A DNA stretch of 63,530 nt, filler included, from 7 parts of 7 records of this genome joined end to end with filler, not necessarily neighbours in it; one strand, 5' to 3'. Positions 1-12,032 are shown, counted from the first letter of the whole stretch. Numbers and translations are program-made. The notes: generated by a model not told the origin, from the sequence alone.

Positions 1-822
1 TTCTACATACATTCTAAGCTCTGTATGATATTTTTGGATTTCATCTAATCCTTGCTCAAGAAGCATATTACACGCTTTCTCCGCTGCTATCATAATTGGA
101 ATAGCCGGAGTAAATGGCGTTTCATGTTTCTCTCTAAGGAATTTAATTGCTTTCTTAAGGTCAAAGTAGTATTTTGGTAAATTTGACTCGTACATTGCTT
201 TTTCTGCTCTTTTACTAAGTGCTATAAAGCTAAGTCCAGGAGGTAGTAAGAAACCTTTTTGACTTCCTGCTATTGCACAGTCAACTCTCCACTCATCAAA
301 TTTAAACTCATTAACTACCATTCCACTGATACAATCAACTACGAATAGTGTTTGAGTGTTTTCAGTTAATTTTCCTAACTCTTTTAGATTATTTAAAACA
401 CCTGTTGATGTTTCACTATATTGTACGAATAATCCTTTTACATCTTCCTCTTCAGCTAATACTTGTTTTACTTGTTCCAGATCATAAGTAGTTCCCCACT
501 CATACTCAAGTTCAATTACTTCTAATCCGTAAGTTTCGCAGATTTCTACGAATCTTTTTCCAAAGTTACCTACATTAATTACAATAACTTTGTCTTTTTT
601 AGAAAAAAGATTTACAACTGCTGCTTCCATTCCACCTGTTCCAGAACTTGTCAGCGTCATTACTCTATGTTTAGTTTCAAATATTCTCTTTAGTGAATCC
701 CCCATACGAATAATCATGTTATGAAAATCTTCAGCTCTGTGATGGATAAGATCCATTCCCATTATTTCTCTTATTTCCTCAGGTACATTAGTTGGACCCG
801 GTGTGATAAGTAGTTTTGACAT
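1..822 (-). CDS. Class-V PLP aminotransferase (alanine-glyoxylate/serine-pyruvate family), 3' end outside window
   Basis: Not in the ORF track. Manual translation from ATG 822 gives MSKLLITPGPTNVPEE...TSSGTGGMEAA...GNFGKRF; later GSQKG PLP-lysine motif; GAGGTG RBS upstream. Confidence 0.9.
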   Translation of the reverse strand, partial: MSKLLITPGPTNVPEEIREIMGMDLIHHRAEDFHNMIIRMGDSLKRIFETKHRVMTLTSSGTGGMEAAVVNLFSKKDKVIVINVGNFGKRFVEICETYGLEVIELEYEWGTTYDLEQVKQVLAEEEDVKGLFVQYSETSTGVLNNLKELGKLTENTQTLFVVDCISGMVVNEFKFDEWRVDCAIAGSQKGFLLPPGLSFIALSKRAEKAMYESNLPKYYFDLKKAIKFLREKHETPFTPAIPIMIAAEKACNMLLEQGLDEIQKYHTELRMYVE

Positions 823-1008
823 TCAATTCACCTCACTAATTTTATATAAATTCTTAATTTTTTTTAAGATTTAGATATACTTTTTGTATTTTGATATATC
901 ATACACTATTTACTAAAAATTGGCAAGAGGAGTTTTCGATTTTTTGGTATTGTTGTAGCTATTTTTCGAACGATGTCTGTCTGAGAGCTATCTTACATAA
1001 TTTCAATT

Positions 1009-2442
1009 TTACTCCTTTAATTCCAAATAATCGTTTATGCTCTCCTCTAAAATTTTAGTACCCACTTCTATATCAGAGATTGATGCAGAAGCAAAACTAA
1101 TACGAATATAGTTACTCATATCTCCACGGAACTGAAATAAACTCCCGGGTAAAAACAATATACCTTTTATTATTGCTATTTGATAAAGTTTCTCACAATT
1201 CATCCATTCAGGAAGTCTTATCCAAAAAAACATTCCTCCATCATTTAGATTTTTTATCTCTATTCTCTTAATATTATTTAATTTATTTTTCATAAAATCA
1301 TATCTCACATTTAGAATGTTTCGTATTTTATCCAAATGATCTTGCAGATAATTCTGAGATAAATAATAATGAAATGCCCTCTGATTAAGTCCGGAACCTG
1401 AAATATCTGATATATATTTTAGATCCACAGCTGATTTGATTAATTTACTTGGAAGTATCATAAATGCAAGCCTCAGACCCGGCATGAATATTTTTGAAAA
1501 ACTCTTAATAAAAATTACTCTTTCTTCATCATTTATCTCTTTAAGTTTTAATTCCTTACTTTCATAAGCTTTCAAAGTCAGTTGCTGCTTCTCATTATTA
1601 AATTGAATCTCACTCATCGAATCATCTTCTATTACATAAAATTCATATTTTCTGGCTAAATTCAGTAATCTCTTTTTCTTTTCTTCACTCCAACAAACAC
1701 CTGTAGGATTATGAAAATTAATCATAGAATAAAGAAATTTTATTTTCCCCTCTCTTTTTAGAAAAGTTTCAAGCTTCTCCAGATTAATCCCATCTTTTTC
1801 TATTGGAAAGGAAACTATGTGTGCTCCATATTTTTTAAAAATAGAAACTGCACTAAGATATGTAGGCTCCTCTACAACAACTACATCTCCGGGATTAATA
1901 AGCATTTTCCCGCTAATATCTATTGCCTGCTGTGCACCTGAAGCTATCTGAATATTTTCTGATTTTGAATTTATCTGCTGTTTCTCCAGATAATTTACTA
2001 TCTCTTCTCGAAGTGGTTCATAACCTTTAGGATTCTGATATGAAAAAAGTTCTCCTCCATCTCTGTCTAATACAAAATTTAATGACTCCTTGAACTCCTT
2101 AAGTGGGAATAATTCAGCTGATGGTGTAGCGTCAGAAAAATTTATTGCATCTTCTCTTTTTGTTTTATTTATTACTACAACTCCGTTATCTGAATGTATC
2201 TTTTCACCTGATATATATGTACCGCTTCCCTTTACTTTATATAAGTAACCTCTTGATTCTAATAAATCATACGCCTTTACAATTGTTGACGGATTAACTG
2301 ATAAAATCTCAGCACTTTTTCTAATTGGAGGAAGTTTTTGATCTTTTTTTAACTCTCCACTCTCTATCATCTCTTTTATTTTTTCAAATAATTGAATATA
2401 TAACTTTTTCTCAATATTTTTTAATAGATTAAAATTAAACAT
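1009..2442 (-). CDS. pdxR: MocR/GabR-family PLP-dependent regulator (PdxR-like)
   Basis: N-terminal GntR wHTH (LPPIRKSAEILSVNPSTIVKAY) plus aminotransferase-like domain (HNPTG, EDD, SFSK..PGLR); divergent from pdxST. Confidence 0.85.
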   Translation of the reverse strand: MFNFNLLKNIEKKLYIQLFEKIKEMIESGELKKDQKLPPIRKSAEILSVNPSTIVKAYDLLESRGYLYKVKGSGTYISGEKIHSDNGVVVINKTKREDAINFSDATPSAELFPLKEFKESLNFVLDRDGGELFSYQNPKGYEPLREEIVNYLEKQQINSKSENIQIASGAQQAIDISGKMLINPGDVVVVEEPTYLSAVSIFKKYGAHIVSFPIEKDGINLEKLETFLKREGKIKFLYSMINFHNPTGVCWSEEKKKRLLNLARKYEFYVIEDDSMSEIQFNNEKQQLTLKAYESKELKLKEINDEERVIFIKSFSKIFMPGLRLAFMILPSKLIKSAVDLKYISDISGSGLNQRAFHYYLSQNYLQDHLDKIRNILNVRYDFMKNKLNNIKRIEIKNLNDGGMFFWIRLPEWMNCEKLYQIAIIKGILFLPGSLFQFRGDMSNYIRISFASASISDIEVGTKILEESINDYLELKE

Positions 2443-2480
2443 TTTTAAGCACTCCTATATTTACAAATATAATCAATCAT

Positions 2481-2608
2481 AAATTGTATCGTTACAATTT
2501 TAGTTTTATCAAATTGACTTCACTTCATTTTTCAATGTAGAATATTAAAAACTAAAATACCAAACAAATTAAAACAATACAATTATAGCATATTGTATCG
2601 TAAAAATT
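2481..2608. promoter_or_regulatory. Putative PdxR operator sites
   Basis: Palindrome AAATTGTA-tcgt-TACAATTT (2481-2500), with imperfect copies at about 2567-2584 and 2591-2608 in the pdxR/pdxS intergenic region. Confidence 0.6.
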
Positions 2609-2732
2609 AAAAATAACTGTATATGACTATTTTTTTTAATAATCTTTAGTCAAGTTAATACAGATTATTTTTCTAAACAAAGTCAGATCAAAGCATTTTG
2701 ACTTATAAAAATAATTTAAGGAGAGTATATTT

Positions 2733-3614
2733 ATGGAGAATAAGAGAGATGAATTAAACAAGAATTTAGCACAAATGTTAAAAGGCGGAGTAATAATGGA
2801 TGTAATAAATGCTGAACAGGCTAAAATAGCTGAAGAAGCTGGAGCTTGTGCTGTTATGGCTCTTGAGAGAGTCCCCGCTGATATAAGGGCTGCCGGTGGA
2901 GTTTCTAGAATGTCTGACCCTAAAATGATCAAAGAGATACAGGAAGCCGTATCAATTCCTGTTATGGCGAAAGTTAGAATCGGTCACTTTGTTGAAGCGC
3001 AAATCCTTGAAGCAATTCAGATAGATTACATAGATGAAAGTGAAGTATTAACACCTGCTGATGACAAACTTCATATAGACAAGTCAAAATTTAATGTTCC
3101 ATTCGTTTGCGGTGCTAAAAACCTGGGAGAAGCACTAAGAAGAATCGCAGAAGGTGCGTCAATGATAAGAACCAAAGGCGAGCCGGGAACAGGAGATGTA
3201 GTAGAAGCTGTTAAGCATATGAGAATGATGAGTGGTGAAATCAGAAGAATTCAATCACTTACTACAGATGAACTTTATAATACAGCAAAAGAGTTAGGTG
3301 CTCCTGTTGATTTAGTAAAATATGTACATGAGCATGGTAAACTACCTGTCGTTAATTTTGCTGCCGGTGGAGTTGCAACTCCGGCTGATGCCGCGATGAT
3401 GATGCAGTTAGGTTGCGACGGAGTATTTGTCGGTTCGGGAATCTTTAAATCAGGAGATCCAAAAAAGAGAGCTGCTGCTATTGTTAAGGCTGTCACTCAC
3501 TATAATAACCCTCATATCTTAGCTGAAGTTTCTGAAGATATAGGTGAAGCTATGGTTGGTATCGGTATCCATACACTTAGAGATGAAGAAAAAATGTCTG
3601 AAAGAGGCTGGTAA
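2733..3614 (+). CDS. pdxS: PLP synthase lyase subunit
   Basis: [37 protein letters not shown] motifs. Confidence 0.98.
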   Translation: MENKRDELNKNLAQMLKGGVIMDVINAEQAKIAEEAGACAVMALERVPADIRAAGGVSRMSDPKMIKEIQEAVSIPVMAKVRIGHFVEAQILEAIQIDYIDESEVLTPADDKLHIDKSKFNVPFVCGAKNLGEALRRIAEGASMIRTKGEPGTGDVVEAVKHMRMMSGEIRRIQSLTTDELYNTAKELGAPVDLVKYVHEHGKLPVVNFAAGGVATPADAAMMMQLGCDGVFVGSGIFKSGDPKKRAAAIVKAVTHYNNPHILAEVSEDIGEAMVGIGIHTLRDEEKMSERGW

Positions 3615-3654
3615 AAAAAAGATTTTTCGAGAATATACGGAAAGAGAGGATAAT

Positions 3655-4221
3655 ATGAAAATTGGTGTTCTGGCATTACAGGGAGCATTTGAGGAACATA
3701 TTAAAGTGATAAAAAAATTAGGTGAAGAAACAGTTGAAGTAAGAAGTGTCGAAGATATTGAGACAATAGATGGCTTAATCCTTCCAGGTGGCGAAAGCAC
3801 GGCAATTGGAAAACTTCTAATTGAATTTAACTTAAGTGAAATTCTTATGAATAAAATTAAAGGTGGATTACCGGTATTTGGTACCTGTGCAGGTATGATC
3901 CTTCTAGCTAAAGAGATATTAAATGATGATAAACTTCATCTACCGCTTATGGATATCTCTGTATTAAGAAATGCTTATGGCAGGCAATTGGGAAGTTTCT
4001 ATTGCGAAACAGCTGTAAAAGGAGTTGCCGAAGATATTAAAATGACCTTCATTAGAGCTCCATATATTGAAAAAATTAGTAATAACGTTGAAATATTAGC
4101 ACGTGTAGAAGGACATATTGTTGCTGCTAAACAGGCTAATATGTTAGTTACATCATTCCATCCTGAAGTTACTGATGATAACAGAATTCATGAGTATTTT
4201 ATCAATATGTGTAAAAAATAG
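3655..4221 (+). CDS. pdxT: PLP synthase glutaminase subunit
   Basis: [25 protein letters not shown]; start moved to ATG 3655 (GAGAGG RBS). Confidence 0.97.
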   Translation: MKIGVLALQGAFEEHIKVIKKLGEETVEVRSVEDIETIDGLILPGGESTAIGKLLIEFNLSEILMNKIKGGLPVFGTCAGMILLAKEILNDDKLHLPLMDISVLRNAYGRQLGSFYCETAVKGVAEDIKMTFIRAPYIEKISNNVEILARVEGHIVAAKQANMLVTSFHPEVTDDNRIHEYFINMCKK

Positions 4222-4332
4222 TTACGATTATTAGTATAATATTTGCAAAAATACAAACTATTTTAAAGGAAAAAAGTGCTTTCTTTTGAAAAATACCTTA
4301 TTGGGTTAATCCTATGAAATAGAGGTGTTATC

Positions 4333-5798
4333 ATGAAAAAGTTAATCTTAATTATAATGAGTTTCTTAATATTCAATATTATGAGTTTTAGTGATAATAG
4401 TACTCGTATCTATTTTGAGCTCGAAAACCTAAGAACTGAAGATTCAATAATACTTGTGATCAATCCAAAAGATGGACAGATTATTGAATCAAGTAATGGT
4501 GCAAAAGCTTTTTATGGCTATGATAATCTTAAAAAAATGAACATAACTGATATTAATATTCTTTCCGAAAAAGAAGTTAAAGCCGAAATGAACAAAGTCA
4601 GCAGAGGTCATAAAAACTACTTTCATTTTAGACATAAACTTGCAAATAAGAATATCAGAGATGTATATGTAAACTCATATAGAATGTTTTGTAATAATAA
4701 TCTGGTTCTGGTATCAACAATTCGTGATGTTACCGAGGAAGTTATCACTGCAAGAAATGCTGATATCCTTAGATACTCTATAATAACTATATTATTAATT
4801 GCAGTAATATCTATCACTTTATTATTTTTAAAGGCTTTTTACAGTGAAAAAAGATATATTGAGCTCTTTGAAAATATGCTTGAAGCATTTGCACTTCATG
4901 AGATGATCTTTGATAAAGATGGTAATCCGGTTGATTATAAATTTTTATCTATCAATCCTTATTTTGAAAAACTAACAGGATTAAAAAAAGAGAATATAGT
5001 TGGAAAAACCGTTAAAGAAGCTCTTCCCGGTACAGAAGATTACTGGATTAAAGCGTATGGAAAAGTTGTTAAAAATAAAGAACCTTTGTATTATGAAAAC
5101 TACTCTCAGGAGTTAGGGAAACATTTTAGCTGTTACGCTTTTTCCCCATATAAAAATAAATTCGTAGTAGTTTTCTCCGATGTAACTAAAGAAAAAAGAT
5201 TACAAAATGAACTGGAAGCTGAAAAAGAAAAACTACAGGAGCAAAAGGAAAGAGCTGAAATGTTAGCAGTTCATGATTCTCTAACTAATCTTCCAAACAG
5301 AAGGTTACTTCAAGACAGAGTTGAAAACTCTATACTTTTCGCTAAAAGAAATAAAACTAAATTAGCTATCTGTGTACTTGACATCGATGATTTTAAGCAA
5401 GTTAATGATAAATATGGACACTTAATCGGAGATGAAGTTTTAAAACTGGTAGCAGTTAGATCAAAGCAATCTCTCAGAGAGTATGACACTATCTCCAGAA
5501 TCGGTGGAGATGAATTTGTACTACTCATTACTAATTTTATTAGCGAAGAGCAATGTGAACATATCGTTGAAAGACTTCTAATCTCAAATAATAAAGTTAT
5601 GAAATTTGATGATTTGACAGTTCAAACTACTTTTAGTATAGGGGTTGCACTCTATCCCGAGCATGGCTCAACTTATAAAGAGCTTGTTAAAAATGCAGAT
5701 ACGGCATTATATGAAGCCAAGCGTAACGGTAAAAACAAATGCCTGTTTTATAACAATGACTTTGATTATAAATCAACAACCCACGCCGCAAGCGGACG
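4333..5798 (+). CDS. Membrane PAS/PAS diguanylate cyclase (no stop before contig end)
   Basis: Signal-like N-terminus, PAS, TM, PAS, HDSLTNLPNRR, RxxD I-site (REYD), GGDEF. Confidence 0.9.
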
Positions 5799-5898
5799 NN
5801 NNNNNNNNNNNNNNNNNNNNNNNNNNNNNNNNNNNNNNNNNNTTAATTAATTAANNNNNNNNNNNNNNNNNNNNNNNNNNNNNNNNNNNNNNNNNNNN
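5799..5898. other. Artificial contig spacer
   Basis: 44 N + TTAATTAATTAA (stops in all frames) + 44 N. Confidence 0.98.
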
Positions 5899-6514
5899 CG
5901 ATCTGATTATCAGCGATGTGATGATGCCTGGTATAGATGGCTTTGAATTGGCACGAAAGTTAAAAGGAGATATTCGTACTTCGCATATTCCAATTGTTTT
6001 GCTTACGGCAAAAAGCGGCGAAGAAAATGAATATGAAGGATTGCGAACAGGGGCCGATTATTACATTGAGAAGCCTTTCTTGCCACATATCTTATCAAAA
6101 ATTGTTGAGAACATCCTAAATACCAGAAAGAGCCTTATCGACAGGTTTAAATCCGATGTGTCAATGCTTCCAACCGATGTGGCGGTTTCCGAGTCGGATA
6201 AAGAACTTATTGAACGGATAACTGCTTTAATACAAAACAATATTGATATTCCAAACCTCGATGTTTCGTTTATTGTAAACGAAATTGGGATCAGCCGCTC
6301 ATTACTGCACACCAAACTCAAAAAATTAACCGATTGTTCGGCAACCGAATTTATTCGTTCAATTCGTTTGCGGGAAGCCGTTAAGCTAATTGCCGATGGG
6401 AAATGCAATATCTCGGAGGCAGCCTACCGTACTGGTTTTTCAAGCCCGGCTTATTTTAGCCGAAGATTCAAAGAATATTTCGGTGTTACTCCAAAGGCAT
6501 ATTTCGAGAAATAG
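5899..6514 (+). CDS. C-terminal receiver + AraC HTH of a Bacteroidota hybrid two-component system (5' partial)
   Basis: DLIISDVMMPGIDG...LLTAK...GADYYIEKPF, followed by AraC HTH (ISEAAYRTGFSSPAYFSRRFK); precedes susC. Confidence 0.9.
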
Positions 6515-6696
6515 TTTAACTGTTCCTGGGTTTTTCTCCAATCTGCAGAGCTTCTTGGTAAGAACTTTTAGGTTTGACCTATTGTTTACTCAATGTATAC
6601 CTTTTGTGTCAATGTTCTATTGAATTCTGTTTTTTTAAGTCGTATTGTTATCTGGCGTGAGTGTAATTGTTAGATAATCAGATGAATAGATGCGGG

Positions 6697-6728
6697 TTGA
6701 CATTTGTGTAAGTTTCCTGAACATCCGT
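6697..6728 (+). promoter_or_regulatory. Possible HTCS binding direct repeat
   Basis: ACATttGT (6700) and ACATccGT (6721), 21 bp apart, upstream of susC. Confidence 0.3.
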
Positions 6729-7008
6729 TATGGCCGGATTTTGGCATTTCCGGTTACTTGCAAATAGCGAATTTGGAAAAATGGTTTATAGCCGGCTTTC
6801 ATTAAAATTCACTAACCTAATTTTCATTTAACCAAAAATATTTGCTTATGAAAAAGATCTAGTCATTCAACAACGGAGTTTTTTAACCGGGTATAGAAAA
6901 TCACGGTTTTCAAAAATCAACAAAATCTATAAGAGATATATTAATCTATTTTCTGTCGCTTAAGTTCAACCGCGGCAGCAGTAATTTCTAAATTAAAAAC
7001 GATGTGAA

Positions 7009-10000
7009 ATGAAATCTATTCTAACAAGAAAGACACAAGTATTTTTCTATGTATTACTTCTAACTTTCTTTCCTGTTCTGGTATTTGGGCAAACCAAACA
7101 AATAAGCGGAACAATTACGGATGTTGAAGGTAATACAATTCCTGGTGCTACAATTATGGTGGTTGGTAGCGCAACGGGTACCGTATCCGACATTGACGGT
7201 ATTTACACCCTAAATGTGGAGCAAGGCGCAACTTTAAGCTTTTCTTACATTGGCTTTAAAACCCAGCAAATTGTGGTTGAAAGCCAATCAACTATTGATG
7301 TTACCATGGACATTGATGCAATTGGTATCGACGAGGTGGTAGCCATTGGTTACGGCACGCAGCGTAAAGGCGATGTAACCAGTGCTGTTGCAAGTGTTAA
7401 AGCTGAAGACTTTTCGGTTGGTAAAATTGGCGATGCAGCCGAATTGGTAAAAGGTAAAGTTGCTGGTTTAAGCATTACAAAATCATCGGGTGATCCGAAC
7501 GAAAACTCAAGCATTATGCTTCGTGGTATTACTACGATTATGGGTAGTGTTTCGCCTTTGGTTTTGGTTGATGGTATTGAAGGTTCGTTAACTACGGTTG
7601 CCCCGGAGAACATTGCGTCTATTGATGTGTTAAAAGATGCATCGGCTGCAGCAATTTATGGTACACGAGGTGCCAATGGGGTTATTATTATCACCACAAA
7701 AACCGGTAAACGCGATTCCGAAGCTTCAGCAACTTATTCAAGCTACGTTTCTTTATCAGAGTGGTATAAAACATCGGAATTTATGGATACCCATGATGTA
7801 ATTTACGGATTAACCAATTTTGAGTACGAAGGTTACGATACCGATTGGTTAGAAGCAATTACAAGAAAAGCAGGTTATACGCAAAATCACTCGCTTAACC
7901 TAACAGGAGGAACTAAAACTTCAACCTACTCGGCAAATGTTACTTACTCGGATGAAGAAGGGATTATGCGTAAGAGTGACAGCGAAGACATAAAAGCGCA
8001 ATTGGATTTTAGCCAATATGCCTTAAATGACATGTTAAAGTTTAATGTAAATGTTTTGTATTCAACACACAAGCATACCTTAAATGAAAATAAATATGCT
8101 TACCGCCAGGCGGTAATTCGTAATCCTTCATCTCCTGTTTACAACGAAGATGGTTCGTATAACGAAGATTTTAACCTTTTTCAATATTATAACCCACGTG
8201 CTATTCAGGATGAACTTATTGGTGATGAACGAACGCAATACGCAAGGGTTACCGGTAACATTACTTTTGAACCCATTAAAGGTTGGAAAACCAATTTAAT
8301 GGTATCTCGAAAGGAAATAGAAACAGAAGGTCAAAAATACCTTACAAGTGATTATTTCTCCTTGGCAACTGCCGGTGTGCGTGGTAGTGCCTCTAAATGG
8401 TCAAACAATACACGTAGCGATAACCTGGAATTAACATCTAAGTATGATTTCACAAAAAACAATCATCGCGTAACTGCTTTGGCAGGATATAGTTATTTAT
8501 ATAATGTTTACGATGGATTTAGTGCAGGAAACTCGGAGTTTCCTTCTGAATCTTATCTATACAATAATTTAAGCCAGGGATTATATTTAACAGATGAAGA
8601 TCATACAGCAAGTATGGGATCATATAAGAACGATAATCACCTTATTGGTTTCTTCGGTCGTGTAAGTTATGGTTACGACAACCGCTACAATGCCATGTTT
8701 AGTGTGCGCCGCGAAGGTTCTTCTAAGTTTGGAGAAAATAACAAATGGGGAACATTTCCTTCTGCTTCTGTAGGTTGGACCATTAGCAACGAGTCGTTTA
8801 TGGATGATGTAACCTGGTTAGAGAATCTAAAACTTCGTGCGGGATATGGGGTTACCGGTGTTATACCAAATGATCCTTATATGTCACTAACAACTTTTGA
8901 CTACGATACATGGGGAAAACATCTTAGTAAGGATGGAGACTGGACACCTTCTTTAAAAGTTGATCAGAATCCAAATCCAAATTTGAAATGGGAAACAACA
9001 CGAGAAGTGAATATTGGTTTAGACTGGGCTGTTTTTAATGGCCGTATTAATGGTGCAATTGATGTTTACTCTAAAAAGACTGTTGATTTGTTGTACGATT
9101 ATGCAGTTCCTGTTCCTCCTAATATGTATAATATTACTACTGCCAACGTAGGAGAGATGCAAAATGAAGGTATTGAGTTTATGTTGAATGCGATTGCAGT
9201 TCAAACGAACGATTTTGAGTGGAATACTACTTTAACATTATCTCATAATAGAAACGAATTGTTAAGCTTATCGAACGATTTATATGAAACTGATAATTTT
9301 CAGGAAGTTGGTGGTGTAAGCGATCCTATTTCTGTTGCAACACATGCAATGGAAGTTGGAAAACCTTTGGGAGACTTCTGGGGTTTACGTTCGATAGGTG
9401 TTAGCAAAGATGGTTTTGTATTAGTTGAGGTTTATGATGAAGAAACCGATACCTGGTCGGCCAAAGAATTTGATACTAAATACAATGTAAAAGCAAACCG
9501 TCAACGTTTAGGTAATGGTCTTCCACAGGTTTATGCAGGCTGGAACAATACTTTCCGTTATAAAAACTTCGATTTAAGCCTTCAGTTTACAGGTCAATTT
9601 GGCTTCGATATTTTAAATGTTCAACGTAGTTTTTACGAGAACAATTCAATTGCTTATAACCGCTTAAAGATTGCGGCTGATTTACATCCTGCAATTGATG
9701 CAAGTGGTGCTCCTGTAATGGATACTGAAACAGGAGAGCAAATGATGGTGAAACTAGCTAACTCAATGTCTCAAGGTGTTTGGAGTGATCACATAGAAAA
9801 AGGAGACTTCGTAAAACTTACTAATGCTACTTTGGGTTATACTTTCCCTTTAAAAGGAAAAGTAAGGGATTTAGTAAACGATTTACGAGTGTATGTGTCG
9901 GGGCAAAACCTATTCTGCATAACTGGTTATTCAGGGCTCGATCCTGAGGTTTCAAACTACTTTTTGGCTCCCGGTATCGATGATCGCGATAAATACCCAA

Positions 10001-10041
10001 CCATTCGTTCATACACTTTTGGTTTATCTGTTAACTTTTAA
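7009..10041 (+). CDS. susC: SusC/RagA TonB-dependent transporter
   Basis: Signal peptide, VVAIGYG, LKDASAAAIYGTRGANGVIIITTK, NPNLKWE, C-terminal F. Confidence 0.96.
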   Translation: MKSILTRKTQVFFYVLLLTFFPVLVFGQTKQISGTITDVEGNTIPGATIMVVGSATGTVSDIDGIYTLNVEQGATLSFSYIGFKTQQIVVESQSTIDVTMDIDAIGIDEVVAIGYGTQRKGDVTSAVASVKAEDFSVGKIGDAAELVKGKVAGLSITKSSGDPNENSSIMLRGITTIMGSVSPLVLVDGIEGSLTTVAPENIASIDVLKDASAAAIYGTRGANGVIIITTKTGKRDSEASATYSSYVSLSEWYKTSEFMDTHDVIYGLTNFEYEGYDTDWLEAITRKAGYTQNHSLNLTGGTKTSTYSANVTYSDEEGIMRKSDSEDIKAQLDFSQYALNDMLKFNVNVLYSTHKHTLNENKYAYRQAVIRNPSSPVYNEDGSYNEDFNLFQYYNPRAIQDELIGDERTQYARVTGNITFEPIKGWKTNLMVSRKEIETEGQKYLTSDYFSLATAGVRGSASKWSNNTRSDNLELTSKYDFTKNNHRVTALAGYSYLYNVYDGFSAGNSEFPSESYLYNNLSQGLYLTDEDHTASMGSYKNDNHLIGFFGRVSYGYDNRYNAMFSVRREGSSKFGENNKWGTFPSASVGWTISNESFMDDVTWLENLKLRAGYGVTGVIPNDPYMSLTTFDYDTWGKHLSKDGDWTPSLKVDQNPNPNLKWETTREVNIGLDWAVFNGRINGAIDVYSKKTVDLLYDYAVPVPPNMYNITTANVGEMQNEGIEFMLNAIAVQTNDFEWNTTLTLSHNRNELLSLSNDLYETDNFQEVGGVSDPISVATHAMEVGKPLGDFWGLRSIGVSKDGFVLVEVYDEETDTWSAKEFDTKYNVKANRQRLGNGLPQVYAGWNNTFRYKNFDLSLQFTGQFGFDILNVQRSFYENNSIAYNRLKIAADLHPAIDASGAPVMDTETGEQMMVKLANSMSQGVWSDHIEKGDFVKLTNATLGYTFPLKGKVRDLVNDLRVYVSGQNLFCITGYSGLDPEVSNYFLAPGIDDRDKYPTIRSYTFGLSVNF

Positions 10042-10052
10042 AATGGAGAAAA

Positions 10053-11034
10053 ATGAAATTTTTAAATAAAATATTATTAAGTTTTACCGTAATTGGTTTA
10101 TTAACAACCGGGGCTTGTACCGATTTAGATGAAACGGTTTACGATAAACTAACCGATGAATCAATTGATGTAACCGATCCCGAGATTGTTGGTTATATGA
10201 TGGGAGAAGCCTATGCGCAGTTCCGCTTTTTGTATTGGGGCTGGAATGGGTACTTTGATGTCAACGAAGAATGTACCGATACCTATATGACCCCTAAACG
10301 GATTGGCCATGGTTGGGGCGATTTATACATTAATATGCACAAACATACTTGGACTTCAAGCCAGGGGCATATCGACCCATTGTGGTATTATGCCTATGTT
10401 GGGATTGGTTATACCAATAAAGCCTTAGATGTATTGCCGGAAGAAGGTTCCGATCAAGCTGAAATGCGTTTCTTACGCGCACTAAACTATTACGTATTAT
10501 TAGATGCCTTCCGTAACGTACCTCTGGAAACGACACAGGATCTTGACCCTGGTTACCTTCCGGAGCAAGCTGGCGCACAGGAAGTTTTTGATTTCTGTGA
10601 AACAGAATTGTTGGCAATAAAAGACGAGTTGGGAACAGAGAAAAACCACGGTTATGCAAACCGTTATGCTGCAGCAATGGTATTGGCCAAGCTTTACCTG
10701 AACTACAATGCGTATTTTAATACCAGCGACAATACCTGGTACGAAAAAGCATTAGAACAAGTTAATGAAGTTATTAACGACGGAGGTTATCAATTGGCGC
10801 CCAATTACCTTGATAATTTTAAAGCAGATATTTCAAGTTCTCCTGAGGTTATTTTTGCTATTCCTTTGGATAAAACAAATGCATCGCATAATTATTTGGT
10901 AAATAAATGTTTGGTTGGTGCCGGGGCTCAGGCCTATGGTTATTCTGGTTCGCCATGGAATGGAAGCTGTGCTATACCTCAGTTTATAGAAAGCTACCAG
11001 GAAGGTGACCAACGTTTAACCGATACCTGGACAG
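10053..11034 (+). CDS. susD: SusD/RagB lipoprotein (3' partial)
   Basis: Lipobox TGAC, EMRFLRALNYY, LAKLYLN; follows susC. Confidence 0.93.
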
Positions 11035-11134
11035 NNNNNNNNNNNNNNNNNNNNNNNNNNNNNNNNNNNNNNNNNNNNTTAATTAATTAANNNNNNNNNN
11101 NNNNNNNNNNNNNNNNNNNNNNNNNNNNNNNNNN
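11035..11134. other. Artificial contig spacer
   Basis: N44-TTAATTAATTAA-N44. Confidence 0.98.
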
Positions 11135-12032
11135 AGGTGAAAACAAAGCCGATCAGGTTCAATTCCCGCCATGCCCTGTGCCAGGCAATGCCGACGATGC
11201 CGAGATTGAGCAGGGCGTAATAGGAAAAAAGCGCCACATGGCTGCCGCTGCCGGTGGACATCAATACAGGGGCGAGAAACCCGCCGATGATGCCGGATAC
11301 GGCCAGGGCCCTGGCATCCTGGAGCACGGCAAGAATACCGGACAGAATCACCAGGCAGAGCATGACGGCAAAGGAGAAACCGTGGGGGAGAAAATGGTAG
11401 AACCTTGCTGCGGCATAGACGGTGAGATACAGCACCCCGACCCCGCAGCCCTGGAGGAGCATGGCGTAGATCTTCCTGCGCGCCCTCAGACGCCAGCCGG
11501 CCCCAAGCAGGCCGAGGCCGCCGAGGACCACCCCGACCAGGCGGAACTCGATGGGAATGATGGCGCGCTGGGCCGCATATTTGAGCAGAAAGGCGAAGCC
11601 GAAAAAGAGAACGATCACGCCGATCTTGGTGACCACATTACCGGTGGTGAAAAACGTCTTCAGGTATTGTCCCAGCCGGGCGGTCATTCCCGGGGGGGTG
11701 TCCTTGCCTTTTTGGGGGCTTTGGCGGGGCGCGGCCACGGGGTCTGCAACAACGGGAGAGGCCTTTTCCCGGACAGGCAGGGACACCTCCAGGGGCTGGA
11801 TGGCGGGAGAAACAGGGGATTGGGCCCCGGGCTCGGCAGAAGCCTTGGCCGGGGGGGCTTTTTCCTGTGGCGTCGTGGCCGTTTTGCTCTTTTCTAGGCT
11901 TGCGATGCGCTTGCGCAGGGCAAAGATCTCAGCGGCCATGAGCCCCAGGGCCAGGCCGAAGAACCAGCCAAAATTTCGAAAGGCCACGGCTCCCATTAGC
12001 CAGCCAATACCGCCTAAAACCAGATATATCAT
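11135..12032 (-). CDS. DUF2339-family membrane protein (3' partial)
   Basis: N-terminal TM, Pro-rich linker, GNVVTKIGVIVLFFGFAFLLKYA, GGFLAPVL, multiple TMs. Confidence 0.85.

Noticed and set aside
3544-3654. N-terminal extension of PdxT overlapping pdxS
   Set aside because: The family start [10 protein letters not shown] with its own RBS is at 3655.
6848-6862. Mini-ORF MKKI* upstream of susC as a leader peptide
   Set aside because: Four codons, out of frame with susC, no supporting structure seen.
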